Positions 1 to 9,549 of a stretch of 64,000 bases of DNA are shown in pieces. Under the pieces are notes generated by a model. It ran no database searches, was not told the DNA's origin, and saw only the letters and a list, made by a program, of their open reading frames with translations. The stretch comes from Elusimicrobiota bacterium (lineage in GTDB: Bacteria; Elusimicrobiota; Elusimicrobia; UBA1565; UBA9628): assembly GCA_016209035.1 (NCBI GenBank), contig JACQWX010000005.1:6688-70687 (forward strand). Reading direction: 5' to 3'. Each line of letters starts with the position of its first letter. Position 1 is the stretch's first letter. A program made the translations under genes and the position numbers.

Positions 1-1
1 G

Positions 2-142
2 CTGGTACTCGCGGAAGTATTTGCGCCGCCACGTGGGCCAGCACTTGCGGTGGACCCTCTGGTTGCAGTACCAGGGCCAGAGCGGCTTTCCACAGTGCTT
101 GCAGACCCGCATGGGCCGGCCTGCGCTCTTGGGCTCACTCAT
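2..142 (-). CDS. Small Cys/His-rich (Zn-finger-like) phage protein, truncated by window edge
   Basis: Manual translation MSEPKSAGRPMRVCKHCGKPLWPWYCNQRVHRKCW...; CxxC...HxxC; same strand as element operon. Confidence 0.5.
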   Translation of the reverse strand, partial: MSEPKSAGRPMRVCKHCGKPLWPWYCNQRVHRKCWPTWRRKYFREYQ

Positions 143-179
143 GTTTTAATCCGGGATGCCATACGATGTCCATGAACAC

Positions 180-542
180 TCAAACTGTTGACGCGGCCGG
201 GCCGGTCTTCACGTCCACGACCTCGGCCCTTCCGTCCGCGTGGTGAATCCTGTAGACCCCCGCGCGCAGGTGCTCCCAGACCTCAGCCTTGGGCCAGACC
301 GAGAAAGCTTTGGCCTTGCGGACCGCGACCGCGCCGGAGGTGACCTGGATGAAGCGCACCTCGCCCGGAGGTTTCAAGGCCGCGATATCGAACGCGCCGA
401 AGAGGTCCCTGGCGCAGAATACGAGCCCCCGGCCGGGCCTCCAGCCGGGCTTGCCGAAGCTCCGCTCGACTTGATAGCCCTGGGCTTTGAGGTAGTCAGC
501 GACCTTCTTCTCGTGCAGCGCGCCCTTGGAGCGGTTGCTCAT
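180..542 (-). CDS. Hjc/Holliday-junction-resolvase-like PD-(D/E)XK nuclease
   Basis: MSNRSKGALHEKKVADYLKAQGYQVER...DLFGAFDIAALK...FIQV; GGAGG RBS upstream of ATG 542. Confidence 0.65.
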   Translation of the reverse strand: MSNRSKGALHEKKVADYLKAQGYQVERSFGKPGWRPGRGLVFCARDLFGAFDIAALKPPGEVRFIQVTSGAVAVRKAKAFSVWPKAEVWEHLRAGVYRIHHADGRAEVVDVKTGPAASTV

Positions 543-684
543 TTTGGCCCTCCCTGCGGGAAGCTCTCGAAGCGATGGGCGATGTCCCAGAAGAGGACTG
601 GGAGGCCTCGCTTGTATATTTCCCAGGCCCGGCCGCCCTTGCATCCTGCCGGCCGCGAGGCCCCAGGCGAAGGTCCAGCGGAGG

Positions 685-816
685 GTTGCCGGAAGAAAAA
701 TGCCGGAGAAATCAGGATAGTGCCGGATCGTGCCGCTTCTGCTCGTTATCGGCGTCACGCGCGCGCGTACGCGCGCGCAACAGGGATTTCCAGCAAGACC
801 GGCACTATCCGGCACT
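685..816. other. Putative iteron-type replication origin of the element
   Basis: TGCCGG at 687,701,721 (TGCCGC 731) and inverted CCGGCA at 799,809 flanking a 20-bp palindrome GCGCGCGCGTACGCGCGCGC (759-778), just downstream of the primase-helicase. Confidence 0.55.
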
Positions 817-838
817 GATTTGGGGAAAGGGCTGGAAC

Positions 839-2935
839 TCACAGCATTTCCTCCTGGGTCTCCTCGCTCCGCAACAGCAGGCCCCGGAACCCCTTCTTGC
901 GGCCGCTGCGCCAGCGCTGAAAGCCGTGCTTGGCCAGATCCTCCGCGAACTTCTTCATCGAGCCCACGTACTCGCCCTGCTTCTCGGCCCAGGCCTTCCA
1001 TGCGCCGTAGGCCTCCTCGGTCGTGACCGTGGCCCGGTCCGACTTGCCGCACTCCTCCTCCAGCCAGCGCCCCAGGGCGTCCTGCGACTCGAAGTACTCC
1101 TCGGTCGCTGCCAGGACGCACGGCGGGGGCTTGAGCCCTGCCCGACGCCACTCTGCGCAGCCTTGGACCGCCCAGCCCAGGATGCCGTCCCTCTCGGCCC
1201 AAAGGCGCTCCGGGAGGGCTTGGTCGCGTTTCTCCGTCGGGATGGTGACGGTGAAAGGAATCAGGTGCAGCCGCCGCCGCATGGCCTCATCCACGTTTCT
1301 CAAGGAGGGCTTGTGGTTGCCCGCGATCATGAGCTTGAACTGGGGCTTGTAGTCGAAGAAGTCCTGCCGCATGAACCGGGCCGAGATCGTGTCCCCGCCG
1401 GTCAGGGCCTTGATCTTCGCCTCGTCCCAACGCCGGCCCTGGCCCACCTCGGTGGCGATGACGAGCCTTGCGCCACGGAGCTTCGCCAGGTCCGTCGGGT
1501 GGCGCTCGCCCCGGATCTCCATGAAGGCGTCCATGGGCGCGTGGGTCGCGTAGTCGCCCCAGACCGAGGCGAGGGTGTTGACGAACACGGACTTGCCGTT
1601 CGCTCCCGTGCCGTAGAGAAAGAACATCACATGCTCGGTCGTAACCCCGGTCAGACAGTAGCCCGCGACCCGGGCAAGGTAGCGCTGAAGCTCCTCGTCG
1701 CCGGCCGTGATGTCCGCGAGGAATTTGCGCCACGCCGGGCAATGCGTCCCGGGAGACGCCGCAGCCATTCTGGTCATGTAGTCCTCCCGCCTGTGCGGTC
1801 TGAGCCCCGCGCCGGCCTCCTCCGTTCCGAGCGCCGTTTCACCTGAGGGCATGTTGAGAAGCCAGGCGTCCGTGTCCCACTGCTCCGCTGTGGCCGCGTG
1901 CCTGCGGTCCGCCCGGGCGAGCCTCTCCACCGCGGCCACGGTCGGCGCGCTTGCGATCTTGGCCGCGATCTTGGGATGCTGGCAGCGGGCGGAAGCCTCG
2001 CGACATGTCCGCCGGGCGAGATCGAAGGCCTTGAGAGTGGTCTCCTTGAGCCAGCGAGGGCCTTCCCAGTGCAGCCAGTATCCCCACGCCGCGACGTAGC
2101 GCCAGTCCTCGGCGTGTTTGGTCGTGAACTCGAGTGCCAAAGCGTCGTCGGTGAATCCCGGCGGCCGGACGTCGTCGTCCTCGCAGGGCGCTGTCTGCGG
2201 CGGGCCGGGACCCTCGGCCGGCGGATACCTGGAGATGCTCGCGGCTACGGCCTCCACCTCGGCCTCCGGAAGGGGCGGCTTGCAGCGTTTGGCGTTGACC
2301 ACCTTGAGGGCAGCGGCTATGGCCTCCGGGTCCATGCCGCGCTTGCGCATGGAGCCGGCCATGCTGGCCAAGGTCGCGTTGCGCAGACCTTCCGGGATGT
2401 CGCCGCCCGGCTCCGGGGCCGGGCTTGGCTTCGGGCCGGTTCCGTTTCGCATGAGCGCGATCACCGCGTCCGGCACGGCCATGATGTGCGCCTCGGGGTC
2501 GAGCCACTCGTAATCCCTGCCGTCTATGCGCGAGCCCGGGGCGACCACGTAGCCGCCGTCGGCCTTCACGTCCACGCCGGGCAGAAGGCCGTTCCTGCTT
2601 CGCATGCCGCCCTCGGGCCAGGCGTAGTAGAGGTGCCAGCCGCCGCTCGGGGTCGCGGCCGTAAGGGTCGGCGTCATGCCCTTGATGGAGGCCAGGGACT
2701 CCCGGCCCTTGGCACCATTCTTCACGTCCACGTCCACCACAGCCAGGCCCGAGGCCTCGCCCGTGGCGATGCCGATGTTGGCGTCCGGCCGCTCGGTCCA
2801 CCACTTGCGGACCAGGTAGGCGGATTTGGCCGCGTCCTTGAAGCCGTTCTTGGTCAGGGGCTTCTTGGCGTTGGGGACAAGCGGGAACACGGCCCAGCCC
2901 AGCTCGATGTAGCCGAGGGCGCGCTCCAGCATCAC
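839..2935 (-). CDS. Primase-helicase: Prim-Pol + PriCT-1 + D5/P4-family SF3 helicase
   Basis: N-term GWAVFPL..NIGIATG..VVDVD..TPSGGWHLYY; Walker A GTGANGKS; IKALTGGDTISARFM; RRLHLIPF. Confidence 0.92.
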   Translation of the reverse strand: MMLERALGYIELGWAVFPLVPNAKKPLTKNGFKDAAKSAYLVRKWWTERPDANIGIATGEASGLAVVDVDVKNGAKGRESLASIKGMTPTLTAATPSGGWHLYYAWPEGGMRSRNGLLPGVDVKADGGYVVAPGSRIDGRDYEWLDPEAHIMAVPDAVIALMRNGTGPKPSPAPEPGGDIPEGLRNATLASMAGSMRKRGMDPEAIAAALKVVNAKRCKPPLPEAEVEAVAASISRYPPAEGPGPPQTAPCEDDDVRPPGFTDDALALEFTTKHAEDWRYVAAWGYWLHWEGPRWLKETTLKAFDLARRTCREASARCQHPKIAAKIASAPTVAAVERLARADRRHAATAEQWDTDAWLLNMPSGETALGTEEAGAGLRPHRREDYMTRMAAASPGTHCPAWRKFLADITAGDEELQRYLARVAGYCLTGVTTEHVMFFLYGTGANGKSVFVNTLASVWGDYATHAPMDAFMEIRGERHPTDLAKLRGARLVIATEVGQGRRWDEAKIKALTGGDTISARFMRQDFFDYKPQFKLMIAGNHKPSLRNVDEAMRRRLHLIPFTVTIPTEKRDQALPERLWAERDGILGWAVQGCAEWRRAGLKPPPCVLAATEEYFESQDALGRWLEEECGKSDRATVTTEEAYGAWKAWAEKQGEYVGSMKKFAEDLAKHGFQRWRSGRKKGFRGLLLRSEETQEEML

Positions 2936-4611
2936 CGCGCGCCCCCTGACCCGGATCTGCGCGTCCCGGCAAGGGCGGCCTCGATGCGCCGGCGGTTGAA
3001 GCTGTGGGCCAGTACGCAGGAGGCCTGGTAGCGGGTTGAGACGAGGCTTCGGAAGGCGGCCGGCAGGTACTTGAGCTGCTTCTCGGTGGGCGGCTGGCCG
3101 AGCCAGCGCCTGGACTTGTGCGCCGCGTCCTCGGTCTCGTTGACGCTGAGCCAGTCGTCGGCCGAGGCCAGGCAGGCCAGGCGGTCGCCCACGTAGAGGA
3201 CCTTTGCCGGCGCGGTCTCAGCCCCGCCCACCGCGTACCAGCGGCCGCCCCGTTGGAATATGCCGCCCCAGGCCTCGAAGCCCGTGGCCATGACGATGGA
3301 GCCATCGTCGGCGATGGGGCACCACTGGAAGGGTGAGCGTCGCAGGAGGTCCACCTCGGCCATCTCGAAGTCGGCCAGCTCGCGCCCGGCCTTGGCAGCC
3401 GCCTGGAACTCGTGATTGCAGAACGGGCACTCGCGGGCCGCGATGGGGACCTCGGCATGGCAGTTCGGGCAGACCTTCATCGGGGCCTCGCCCTTTCCCT
3501 CGCGGTCCCAGGCCTCCAAGTCCACCCGTTGCTCCAGGCAGCCGTGGATCAAGGCCGAGGTCCCGAAGTCCAGGACCACGCAGTCGGTCTTGACCAGGCC
3601 GGGATAGCGCTCCGGCTCGATCTTCCGGAGACCCCGGCCGATCATCTGGATCATGGTGGACTTGTGCGAGCAGGGCCGAAGCAGCACCACGCAGGAGACC
3701 GGCGGGCAGTCCCAGCCCTCGGTTGCCACGGCCACGTTGACCAGGACCTGGGTTTCGCCAGTGTCGAGCCTGCGGAATATTCCTGCGCGCTCGTCCTCCG
3801 GGGTCTCGGCCGTTACAAGCTCGGCAGCCGTCCCGGCGGACCTGAAGGCCCCGGCCGTGTGCTCCGCGTGCGCCACGGTGGAGCAGAAGGCCACGGTGCG
3901 CCGCTCCCCGGCCTTTTCGCGCCAGTGCCGGACCACGGCCTCGACGAGCGGCCTGCGGTCCATGATGGCCTCGACCTCGGCCATGTCGTAGTCGTCCGCC
4001 AGGCGGCGCACGGCCTTCAGATCGTCCTGCACCCCCAGGTCTATGACGAAGGTGCGCGGCCTGACCAACTGGCCCGAGGCGATCATCTCGGCCAAAGTGA
4101 TCTGGTCCGCGCAGTTGTCGAAGATGTGCCGCAGGCTCCTGCCGTCGCCCCGGTTCGGCGTGGCCGTGACGCCGTATATCCTCACCCCTGGGTTCAGCCG
4201 CTTGGCCGCCTCGATGATGCGCAGGTAGGTCTCGGCCCGGGCGTGGTGCGCCTCGTCTATGACCAGAAGCTCCAAAGGCGGCATCCGATCGAGGTTGCGG
4301 CCCCTGGCCAAAGTCTGCACCATGGCGAAGACGGTCTTGCCGGACCAGGACTTCTGCCGCGAGTCCACGACCGAGACCGGCATTCCCGGATTGACCTTGA
4401 GGAACTTGTCCAGGTTCTGTGCCGTAATCTCGTCGCGGTGGGCCAGGACGCAGGCCTTGGAGCCGTTTCGGTCCAGCATCCTGCCCACCACGGCCGAGAG
4501 CATGACGGTCTTGCCCGAGCCCGTGGGCGCGACAGCCAGGGTGTTGCCTTTCTCCAGCAGCCTCTGGACGCTTCTTTGGACAAACGCCTTCTGCCGCTCG
4601 CGCAGTATCAT
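2932..4611 (-). CDS. SF2 DEAD/DEAH-box helicase with C-terminal Zn ribbon
   Basis: APTGSGKT, DEAHH, TATP, QMIGRGLR, CPNC...CPFC. Confidence 0.92.
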   Translation of the reverse strand: MILRERQKAFVQRSVQRLLEKGNTLAVAPTGSGKTVMLSAVVGRMLDRNGSKACVLAHRDEITAQNLDKFLKVNPGMPVSVVDSRQKSWSGKTVFAMVQTLARGRNLDRMPPLELLVIDEAHHARAETYLRIIEAAKRLNPGVRIYGVTATPNRGDGRSLRHIFDNCADQITLAEMIASGQLVRPRTFVIDLGVQDDLKAVRRLADDYDMAEVEAIMDRRPLVEAVVRHWREKAGERRTVAFCSTVAHAEHTAGAFRSAGTAAELVTAETPEDERAGIFRRLDTGETQVLVNVAVATEGWDCPPVSCVVLLRPCSHKSTMIQMIGRGLRKIEPERYPGLVKTDCVVLDFGTSALIHGCLEQRVDLEAWDREGKGEAPMKVCPNCHAEVPIAARECPFCNHEFQAAAKAGRELADFEMAEVDLLRRSPFQWCPIADDGSIVMATGFEAWGGIFQRGGRWYAVGGAETAPAKVLYVGDRLACLASADDWLSVNETEDAAHKSRRWLGQPPTEKQLKYLPAAFRSLVSTRYQASCVLAHSFNRRRIEAALAGTRRSGSGGAR

Positions 4612-4627
4612 CGCCGCCCGGCCGCGC

Positions 4628-5101
4628 CTAGAAACCTACCGAAGGGTCGCGTCCGGCTTTCTTCGCCTCCGGCCTGGCGGCCGGCTGCGCCGCGGTCTTG
4701 GACGCCTGCTCCTGCTCCTCGGTGTAGAAGCGGCTGATCTTATTGCGCTCCTTGCCCTGCCACTCGTCCACGATCACGCGCGCGCGGCAGTACTTGTGGA
4801 GATACCCGTCCGTGTCGAAGTCGAGCTCTCCGTCGTAAGGCATGCCCAGGCTGTGGTTGATGTGCAGCCAGATCCCATGGCCGGGCTCGCCCTCGGGGAT
4901 GAACGTGACCGTGTGCCAGGCCTTGCCCACGGACTTGCCCTCCGGCGTCATGATGTCGAAGAGGAGGTCCACCTTCTGCCGGTTCGTGTCCTTGGTGGTC
5001 CCGTCCTTCTTGTCCACGACCTCCACGACGTAGTCGCCCTCCGGCGCTATCGGGAAGCCGGCGCTTTCTTGCGACGAGTCCGCCTTCATCTGAACTCTCA
5101 T
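4628..5101 (-). CDS. DUF669-like phage ssDNA-binding protein
   Basis: [12 protein letters not shown]...ERNKISRF; position between AAA_24 ATPase and helicase. Confidence 0.65.
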   Translation of the reverse strand: MRVQMKADSSQESAGFPIAPEGDYVVEVVDKKDGTTKDTNRQKVDLLFDIMTPEGKSVGKAWHTVTFIPEGEPGHGIWLHINHSLGMPYDGELDFDTDGYLHKYCRARVIVDEWQGKERNKISRFYTEEQEQASKTAAQPAARPEAKKAGRDPSVGF

Positions 5102-5907
5102 CGCTTGCCTCCTGCCTTGGCGGGCTTGGTCTCCTGCGAAGCCGGCTTGGCCGGCGCTTCCGCCTTGAACACCGCCTCGAACGCCGAGTAGGGGTTCTCG
5201 CGCGGAAGCTGCAGGGTCTTGTCGTTGAGTTCGTCCACGCGCGAGCCCCAGGTGCCAAGCGGCCCGCCCTGGAAGGTGACGAAGTAGGCGGTCCCGCTGC
5301 CCAAGGGCTTCTTGAAGCAGTAGCCGATCATGTCCGCCTGGGCCGCGATGAACGCGCCCGCCTTGCCCGGCATGTTGATGCCGGCCGGGGACACGAGGTT
5401 GCCGCCCGAGTCGAGCTTGGGCTCCTTGCAGTGGGCGATCAAGATGACGAGCTTCCGAGATGCCTTGAGGTAGGCTACCAGGGCCTCGATGCGCTTTCTG
5501 TACTCGCCCCAGAGTTCGAAGCCGTCCACGCCCTGCTTGCGCTCCGTGATGGAGTCCAGGCCCCTGGCCCGGGCGATCTCGTCCTCGAGCCAGTCCGAGA
5601 GCACGTCCAGGCTGTCGATGACCACGGTCTTGATCGCAGGCTCGCGCATCACAGCCTTGAGCGTCTCGCGGAACTCAGCGACGTTTGCGATGTCGTGGAT
5701 GCGGCCGGCCACGCGGTCGCCGCCGCCGAGTTCGCACTCCAGCACGTAGGCGCCTTCGAACGACGCCCCGAACGTCGTCTTGCCGGACTTCGGCTGGCCG
5801 ACCAGGATGGCGAGGCCCTCCGTCGGGAGCCCCGTCTTCCTCCTCGGCCGCGGCGCAACGAGCTGCACGCCGGCCGGCTGCTGGGACTGCTGGTTTTCTT
5901 GGGTCAT
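5098..5907 (-). CDS. AAA_24/Sak4-like ATPase (phage recombination)
   Basis: Walker [10 protein letters not shown], Walker [14 protein letters not shown]. Confidence 0.8.
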   Translation of the reverse strand: MTQENQQSQQPAGVQLVAPRPRRKTGLPTEGLAILVGQPKSGKTTFGASFEGAYVLECELGGGDRVAGRIHDIANVAEFRETLKAVMREPAIKTVVIDSLDVLSDWLEDEIARARGLDSITERKQGVDGFELWGEYRKRIEALVAYLKASRKLVILIAHCKEPKLDSGGNLVSPAGINMPGKAGAFIAAQADMIGYCFKKPLGSGTAYFVTFQGGPLGTWGSRVDELNDKTLQLPRENPYSAFEAVFKAEAPAKPASQETKPAKAGGKR

Positions 5908-5942
5908 GCGTTATCCTCCATGGTTTTGGGTTGCGGATCGGT

Positions 5943-6716
5943 TCACCATTCGATGAACTGCGGCTGCTCCAGGGACTCTTTGAGCGCCTTGGCGGCGAGG
6001 AAAGCCTCGAAGGACCGGTTGAGGTCCGCGATCTCCTTGCGCTCGAAGTCTACGGGCAGCTTCTTGCCGAAGCGGACGATCACGGCCTCGTCGCAGGCGA
6101 TGCCGTAGGTCTCCTTGAAAGCCTGCGCGTAGGCCGCGACCTGCAGGGCATACTCGGCGTAGATGCCGTTCGAGGTCTTCCAGTCCAGGATGACGAGCTT
6201 CCCGTTGCGCCGGCCGAGCGCGTCCAGGCTGCCGCCGAACTTATGCTCGCGCGATGCGACCTTGGTATCCCCGAGCAGGAGCTCGATCTTCGTGGACTTC
6301 CACCAGTCTCTGAAGGCGCGGACCGGGGCCTCGATCTCGGGCGGGACCTTCCCCGGCTCCTCGCCCCGGATGATGCGGTCTATGAAGGCATGGGCCTGGG
6401 AGCCCAGGTCCGCGGCCTCGGTCTTGAGCTTGTCGGGCCGCTTCTTGGCCTCAATAAGGACCGACGAGATCCAGGCCTTGTTGAGCACGATCCTGGCGGA
6501 CCTGCGGCCGTCCAGGCGGGTCATGAGCGCGGCCTCGACCAAAGACAGAGCCTCGCGCTTGGCCCAGGGGACCAGGGCGGGCTTGTTGATGACCGAGAGC
6601 ATGCCGGTCACGCCCGGGTAGCGGTCTTGGCCGCCATTCCAGGCCACGTCGTAGAGGTGGCTGTTGCCCTCAACCACCAAGTCCACCTTGTAGAGCGGCT
6701 GAAGGCCTTCGGCCAT
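5943..6716 (-). CDS. PD-(D/E)XK exonuclease (Cas4-like phage family)
   Basis: YPGVTGML, GSQAH, GGSLDAL, ILDWKTS, QVAAY. Confidence 0.85.
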   Translation of the reverse strand: MAEGLQPLYKVDLVVEGNSHLYDVAWNGGQDRYPGVTGMLSVINKPALVPWAKREALSLVEAALMTRLDGRRSARIVLNKAWISSVLIEAKKRPDKLKTEAADLGSQAHAFIDRIIRGEEPGKVPPEIEAPVRAFRDWWKSTKIELLLGDTKVASREHKFGGSLDALGRRNGKLVILDWKTSNGIYAEYALQVAAYAQAFKETYGIACDEAVIVRFGKKLPVDFERKEIADLNRSFEAFLAAKALKESLEQPQFIEW

Positions 6717-6717
6717 G

Positions 6718-7017
6718 CTATCCTCCCTTCCCATTCCGGAGCCTCTGGACCCGGAAGCCGAACTCGCCCACCTGCTTGATGAGGAACCCGGCCAGGAGTT
6801 TGGCCAGGTGCTCGCCGCACTCTGTCCCGCCCTCGATCACGCACACGGGCTTGGCCGCGGAGACGTCGTAGCCCGCCTCGAGCTTGAGCCGCGCCTTGCC
6901 GAAGATGATCTCTGTTTCCTTGACGGCCAGGGCGAGCACGGCCTTGAGAAGCCCGGGCTTTGAGCCCGGCCGGGTGAGGCTGAAGCGGTACGAGGTGCCT
7001 GCGGATGCCTGTTCCAT
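6718..7017 (-). CDS. Hypothetical phage protein
   Basis: ATG 7017 with GGAGG RBS; tight packing in operon. Confidence 0.6.
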   Translation of the reverse strand: MEQASAGTSYRFSLTRPGSKPGLLKAVLALAVKETEIIFGKARLKLEAGYDVSAAKPVCVIEGGTECGEHLAKLLAGFLIKQVGEFGFRVQRLRNGKGG

Positions 7018-7069
7018 GCTCCCTCCACCAAGACCGACGCACGGGGGGGCCCAAAATGGCGAAACCATC

Positions 7070-7609
7070 TCAGTCCCCGCCGAGGCCGCGCCTCTTCAGG
7101 GCCTTGCTGATCTTGGATATCCAGTACTCGACCGTCTTCCTGGGCCGGCCCAGCCGCCTGGCTGCCGCGGCCTTGTTGCCCTGCTCCTCGACCATGATGT
7201 CCCATAGCTCGCGCAGCTCCTGGGACAGCTCGTCCCAGACCGCGCCCACGGCAAGCCTCAGGTCCGCCGGCTCCTCCGGGGCCGCGAGGACTTCCTCCAG
7301 GGTAGGCGAGTCCTCGCCGCCGCCTGTGGGCGCGTCGAGAGGCGTCAGGCGCTTGTGGCGGGACTCCCAGCGGCGGATGTGGTCTATGCCGGCGTTGTAG
7401 AGGGAGCGGGCCAGGAAGTCCCGCCAACTGGCCACGGCCGGCGGGCGGCCGCGGGACTTGATCTCGATGAGGCGGCGGAAGAGCTCCGCCTCCAGGTCGT
7501 CGTGCTCGGAGAAGCCGCGGAAGGACCGGGCCACGCTTCTGGCCACCTCGATCTCCCACGGCTCGATGCGGACGGACTGCGGACGTGCGTCACGGCGTGA
7601 TCCAGCCAC
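7070..7609 (-). CDS. Sigma-70/ECF-like factor (regions 2 and 4)
   Basis: DDLEAEL...FLARSLYNAGIDHIRR; C-terminal HTH AAARRLGRPRKTVEYWISKI. Confidence 0.75.
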   Translation of the reverse strand: MAGSRRDARPQSVRIEPWEIEVARSVARSFRGFSEHDDLEAELFRRLIEIKSRGRPPAVASWRDFLARSLYNAGIDHIRRWESRHKRLTPLDAPTGGGEDSPTLEEVLAAPEEPADLRLAVGAVWDELSQELRELWDIMVEEQGNKAAAARRLGRPRKTVEYWISKISKALKRRGLGGD

Positions 7610-7666
7610 GGGCCACCTCGCGCGAAGGGCACGTTCCGCGCGAGGCGCAGATGCTCGGCGACCACG

Positions 7667-7772
7667 AAAAGAAAAAGCCCGGCCGCTAAGACGGGAACGT
7701 GTCCCGAATTAACGACCAGGCTCAAGCGGGCGCTGGCCCTCAGGGGGCTCGGTCCCGCTACGGTGGCTCTTT
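7667..7772 (-). promoter_or_regulatory. Structured leader with three GAGCC motifs ending in an intrinsic terminator upstream of the sigma gene
   Basis: Minus strand AGCCTGGTCGTTAA/TTAGCGGCCGGGCT stem + TTTTCTTTT; GAGCC at 7769-7765, 7750-7746, 7723-7719. Confidence 0.6.
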
Positions 7773-7827
7773 TAAGGTCGCCGGATCACGCGGCCTTGGC
7801 CGCGAGTCCGAAAACTAAGACGATGAT

Positions 7828-8553
7828 CTATCCCATCCCCATGTGGTTGTTCTCCTCGCAGGAGAGCTCCCAGGCCCTCAACTCGTAGGTCTCGGCTCCT
7901 TCCCGGACGAAAGGATCGGCCTTGGCGATTCCCACGGCATCGTCCAGCGACGCGGCCTTGACGATCACCATCCCGCCCTTGTGGTCCTGGAAGGGACCGC
8001 ACAGGACGAGCCGTCCCTGCCGGTCGAGCTCCTTGAGGTGCGCCACGTGTTTTCGCACCAGGGCCTCGGTCATGGGCTTGTCCGTGCGGATGAGCGTGAT
8101 GACGTACCGGGTCCATCGGCCCTCATCCTTGGCCGCCTGTGTTTTGTCTGCTTCAGCCCGCATAGGGGACCAGTGGGTCTGGATGATCCCCCACCCGCCG
8201 TCGATGCGGGCGTAGACCTCGGTGCAGTTCCAGCGCGATTCGGTCGTCTTCCCTCCGGCCGTGCTCCACGAGACGTAGTTGAAGGTCAGCACCGCGACAT
8301 CGCCGTGGACCTGCACCTTCGGATTGATAAGCTCATAGCGGTCGATGCGAATTTTCCCGGCCAGCGAGGCGTAGTAGTCCCTGAGGGCATCCCGCCCGTC
8401 GATGCGTCGTTCCAGGTACGGATCAAAATAGGTGACTTCGGGCGCGCTCAACTCGACGAACCCTCCAGGGTCGCCATTGCCCCATCGGTCCAACGCTCTC
8501 CGTTCCTTGGTGACGATTTCGGAGGCGATGTTTTCTTTCAATGCTTCAGCCAT
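7828..8553 (-). CDS. NTF2/SnoaL-like (DUF4440) domain fused to YCII domain (cargo)
   Basis: N-term ERRALDRW..EVTYFDP..WNCTEVY..IIQTHWS; C-term HVAHL..LVLCGPF..GGMVIV..ADPFV. Confidence 0.75.
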   Translation of the reverse strand: MAEALKENIASEIVTKERRALDRWGNGDPGGFVELSAPEVTYFDPYLERRIDGRDALRDYYASLAGKIRIDRYELINPKVQVHGDVAVLTFNYVSWSTAGGKTTESRWNCTEVYARIDGGWGIIQTHWSPMRAEADKTQAAKDEGRWTRYVITLIRTDKPMTEALVRKHVAHLKELDRQGRLVLCGPFQDHKGGMVIVKAASLDDAVGIAKADPFVREGAETYELRAWELSCEENNHMGMG

Positions 8554-8572
8554 GGTGTGTTGTCCTCTCTTT

Positions 8573-8755
8573 TTAGGATTCTCCCGGTTTTTCCTGCGCG
8601 CCTTTGTTGCCGGCGGAGACGTTGATTACCGCCTCGAACTCGCAGCCGCAGCTCTTGCACTTCAACTCCATATCGCAGGTCCGGACCCTGGCGACCTTAT
8701 GGCCGCACTTCGGGCAGGCGACCCAGGTGTTCCGCTTCGTTGTAATCGTCTCCAT
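8573..8755 (-). CDS. Small Zn-ribbon protein (Cys-rich KTR/Com-like)
   Basis: WVACPKCGHK...LKCKSCGCEF; GGGGTG RBS. Confidence 0.7.
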   Translation of the reverse strand: METITTKRNTWVACPKCGHKVARVRTCDMELKCKSCGCEFEAVINVSAGNKGAQEKPGES

Positions 8756-8783
8756 ACATCACCCCCAGCCGGAACTCCCGGCG

Positions 8784-9398
8784 TCAGAGCCGTCGAATGA
8801 CGGCGATCACCTTTCCAGCGACCTCGAACGGTTGCGGGATTGGAGCGTACTTGGGATTGGCGGCTTCAAGGGAAAGTCGCCCGTCCTTCCGGCGGAGGGT
8901 CTTCACGGTGCCTTCGCCGTCCGGCGTAGCTGCGACCACGACATCCCCGGAGTCCGCAACCTTCTGCGGCTTCACGACCACGAGATCGCCTTCCAGAATC
9001 CCCAGGCCCACCATCGAGTCGCCCTTGACCCTGAGCAGGTAGGAATCCTTCGCCCGGCTGATCCTCTCGTCCAACCAGAGGATGTCTTCCACGTTCTCTT
9101 CCACCAAGTTGGGCCGGCCGGCTGGTACGCTTCCCAGTATTGGATGGCCCCGCGTTCCGATCCCTGCGATGCCAAACGTGGCGGGGGCGGCGGCCAACCG
9201 CAGGTCGCGAGCGCGGGAAGAGCCGCGCTCCAGCTTCTCCTTCTTGATGAGGACCCGGAGGTAGTAGGCCACGGTGCTAGATTTGATGCCGCCAAGGGCT
9301 GCCCCGATCTCGCGGACGGTCGGAGGGAAGCCGTGCTCCCTGGCGAAATCCGCGATAAAACGAAGAACCCGCTCCTGGCTCTTGGTCAGCGACTGCAC
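8784..9398 (-). CDS. lexA: LexA-family repressor (wHTH + S24 peptidase), probably leaderless
   Basis: GFPPTVREIG, VPAG cleavage site, GDSM Ser, TVK Lys; GTG 9398 lies 7 nt after the -10. Confidence 0.9.
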   Translation of the reverse strand: MQSLTKSQERVLRFIADFAREHGFPPTVREIGAALGGIKSSTVAYYLRVLIKKEKLERGSSRARDLRLAAAPATFGIAGIGTRGHPILGSVPAGRPNLVEENVEDILWLDERISRAKDSYLLRVKGDSMVGLGILEGDLVVVKPQKVADSGDVVVAATPDGEGTVKTLRRKDGRLSLEAANPKYAPIPQPFEVAGKVIAVIRRL

Positions 9399-9405
9399 AT
9401 GAGCA

Positions 9406-9434
9406 GTATAGCTTACAAACGTTAGATAGTCAAG
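9406..9434 (-). promoter_or_regulatory. Sigma70 promoter of lexA with candidate operator CTAAC-N4-GTAAG in the spacer
   Basis: TTGACT-17nt-TATACT on minus strand. Confidence 0.65.
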
Positions 9435-9450
9435 TGGAACAAAATTTCGC

Positions 9451-9480
9451 TTGACAAGAAGCAAATGGTGGGGCTATAAT
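9451..9480 (+). promoter_or_regulatory. Consensus sigma70 promoter driving a short non-coding transcript
   Basis: TTGACA(9451-9456)-18nt-TATAAT(9475-9480). Confidence 0.75.
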
Positions 9481-9486
9481 AAACTT

Positions 9487-9549
9487 AGAATCTGAACTGA
9501 AGAACGACTAGACCTTACTTTGCCTAGCCCCCGTTTGGGGGCTTTTTTT
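9487..9549 (+). ncRNA. Candidate ~60-nt small RNA convergent with NYN gene
   Basis: Between consensus promoter and terminator AGCCCCC-GTTT-GGGGGCT plus T-tract (9526-9549); no start codon in between. Confidence 0.5.

Noticed and set aside
5943..6716. Cas4-like nuclease as sign of CRISPR-Cas
   Set aside because: No array or other cas genes; context is a phage recombination module.
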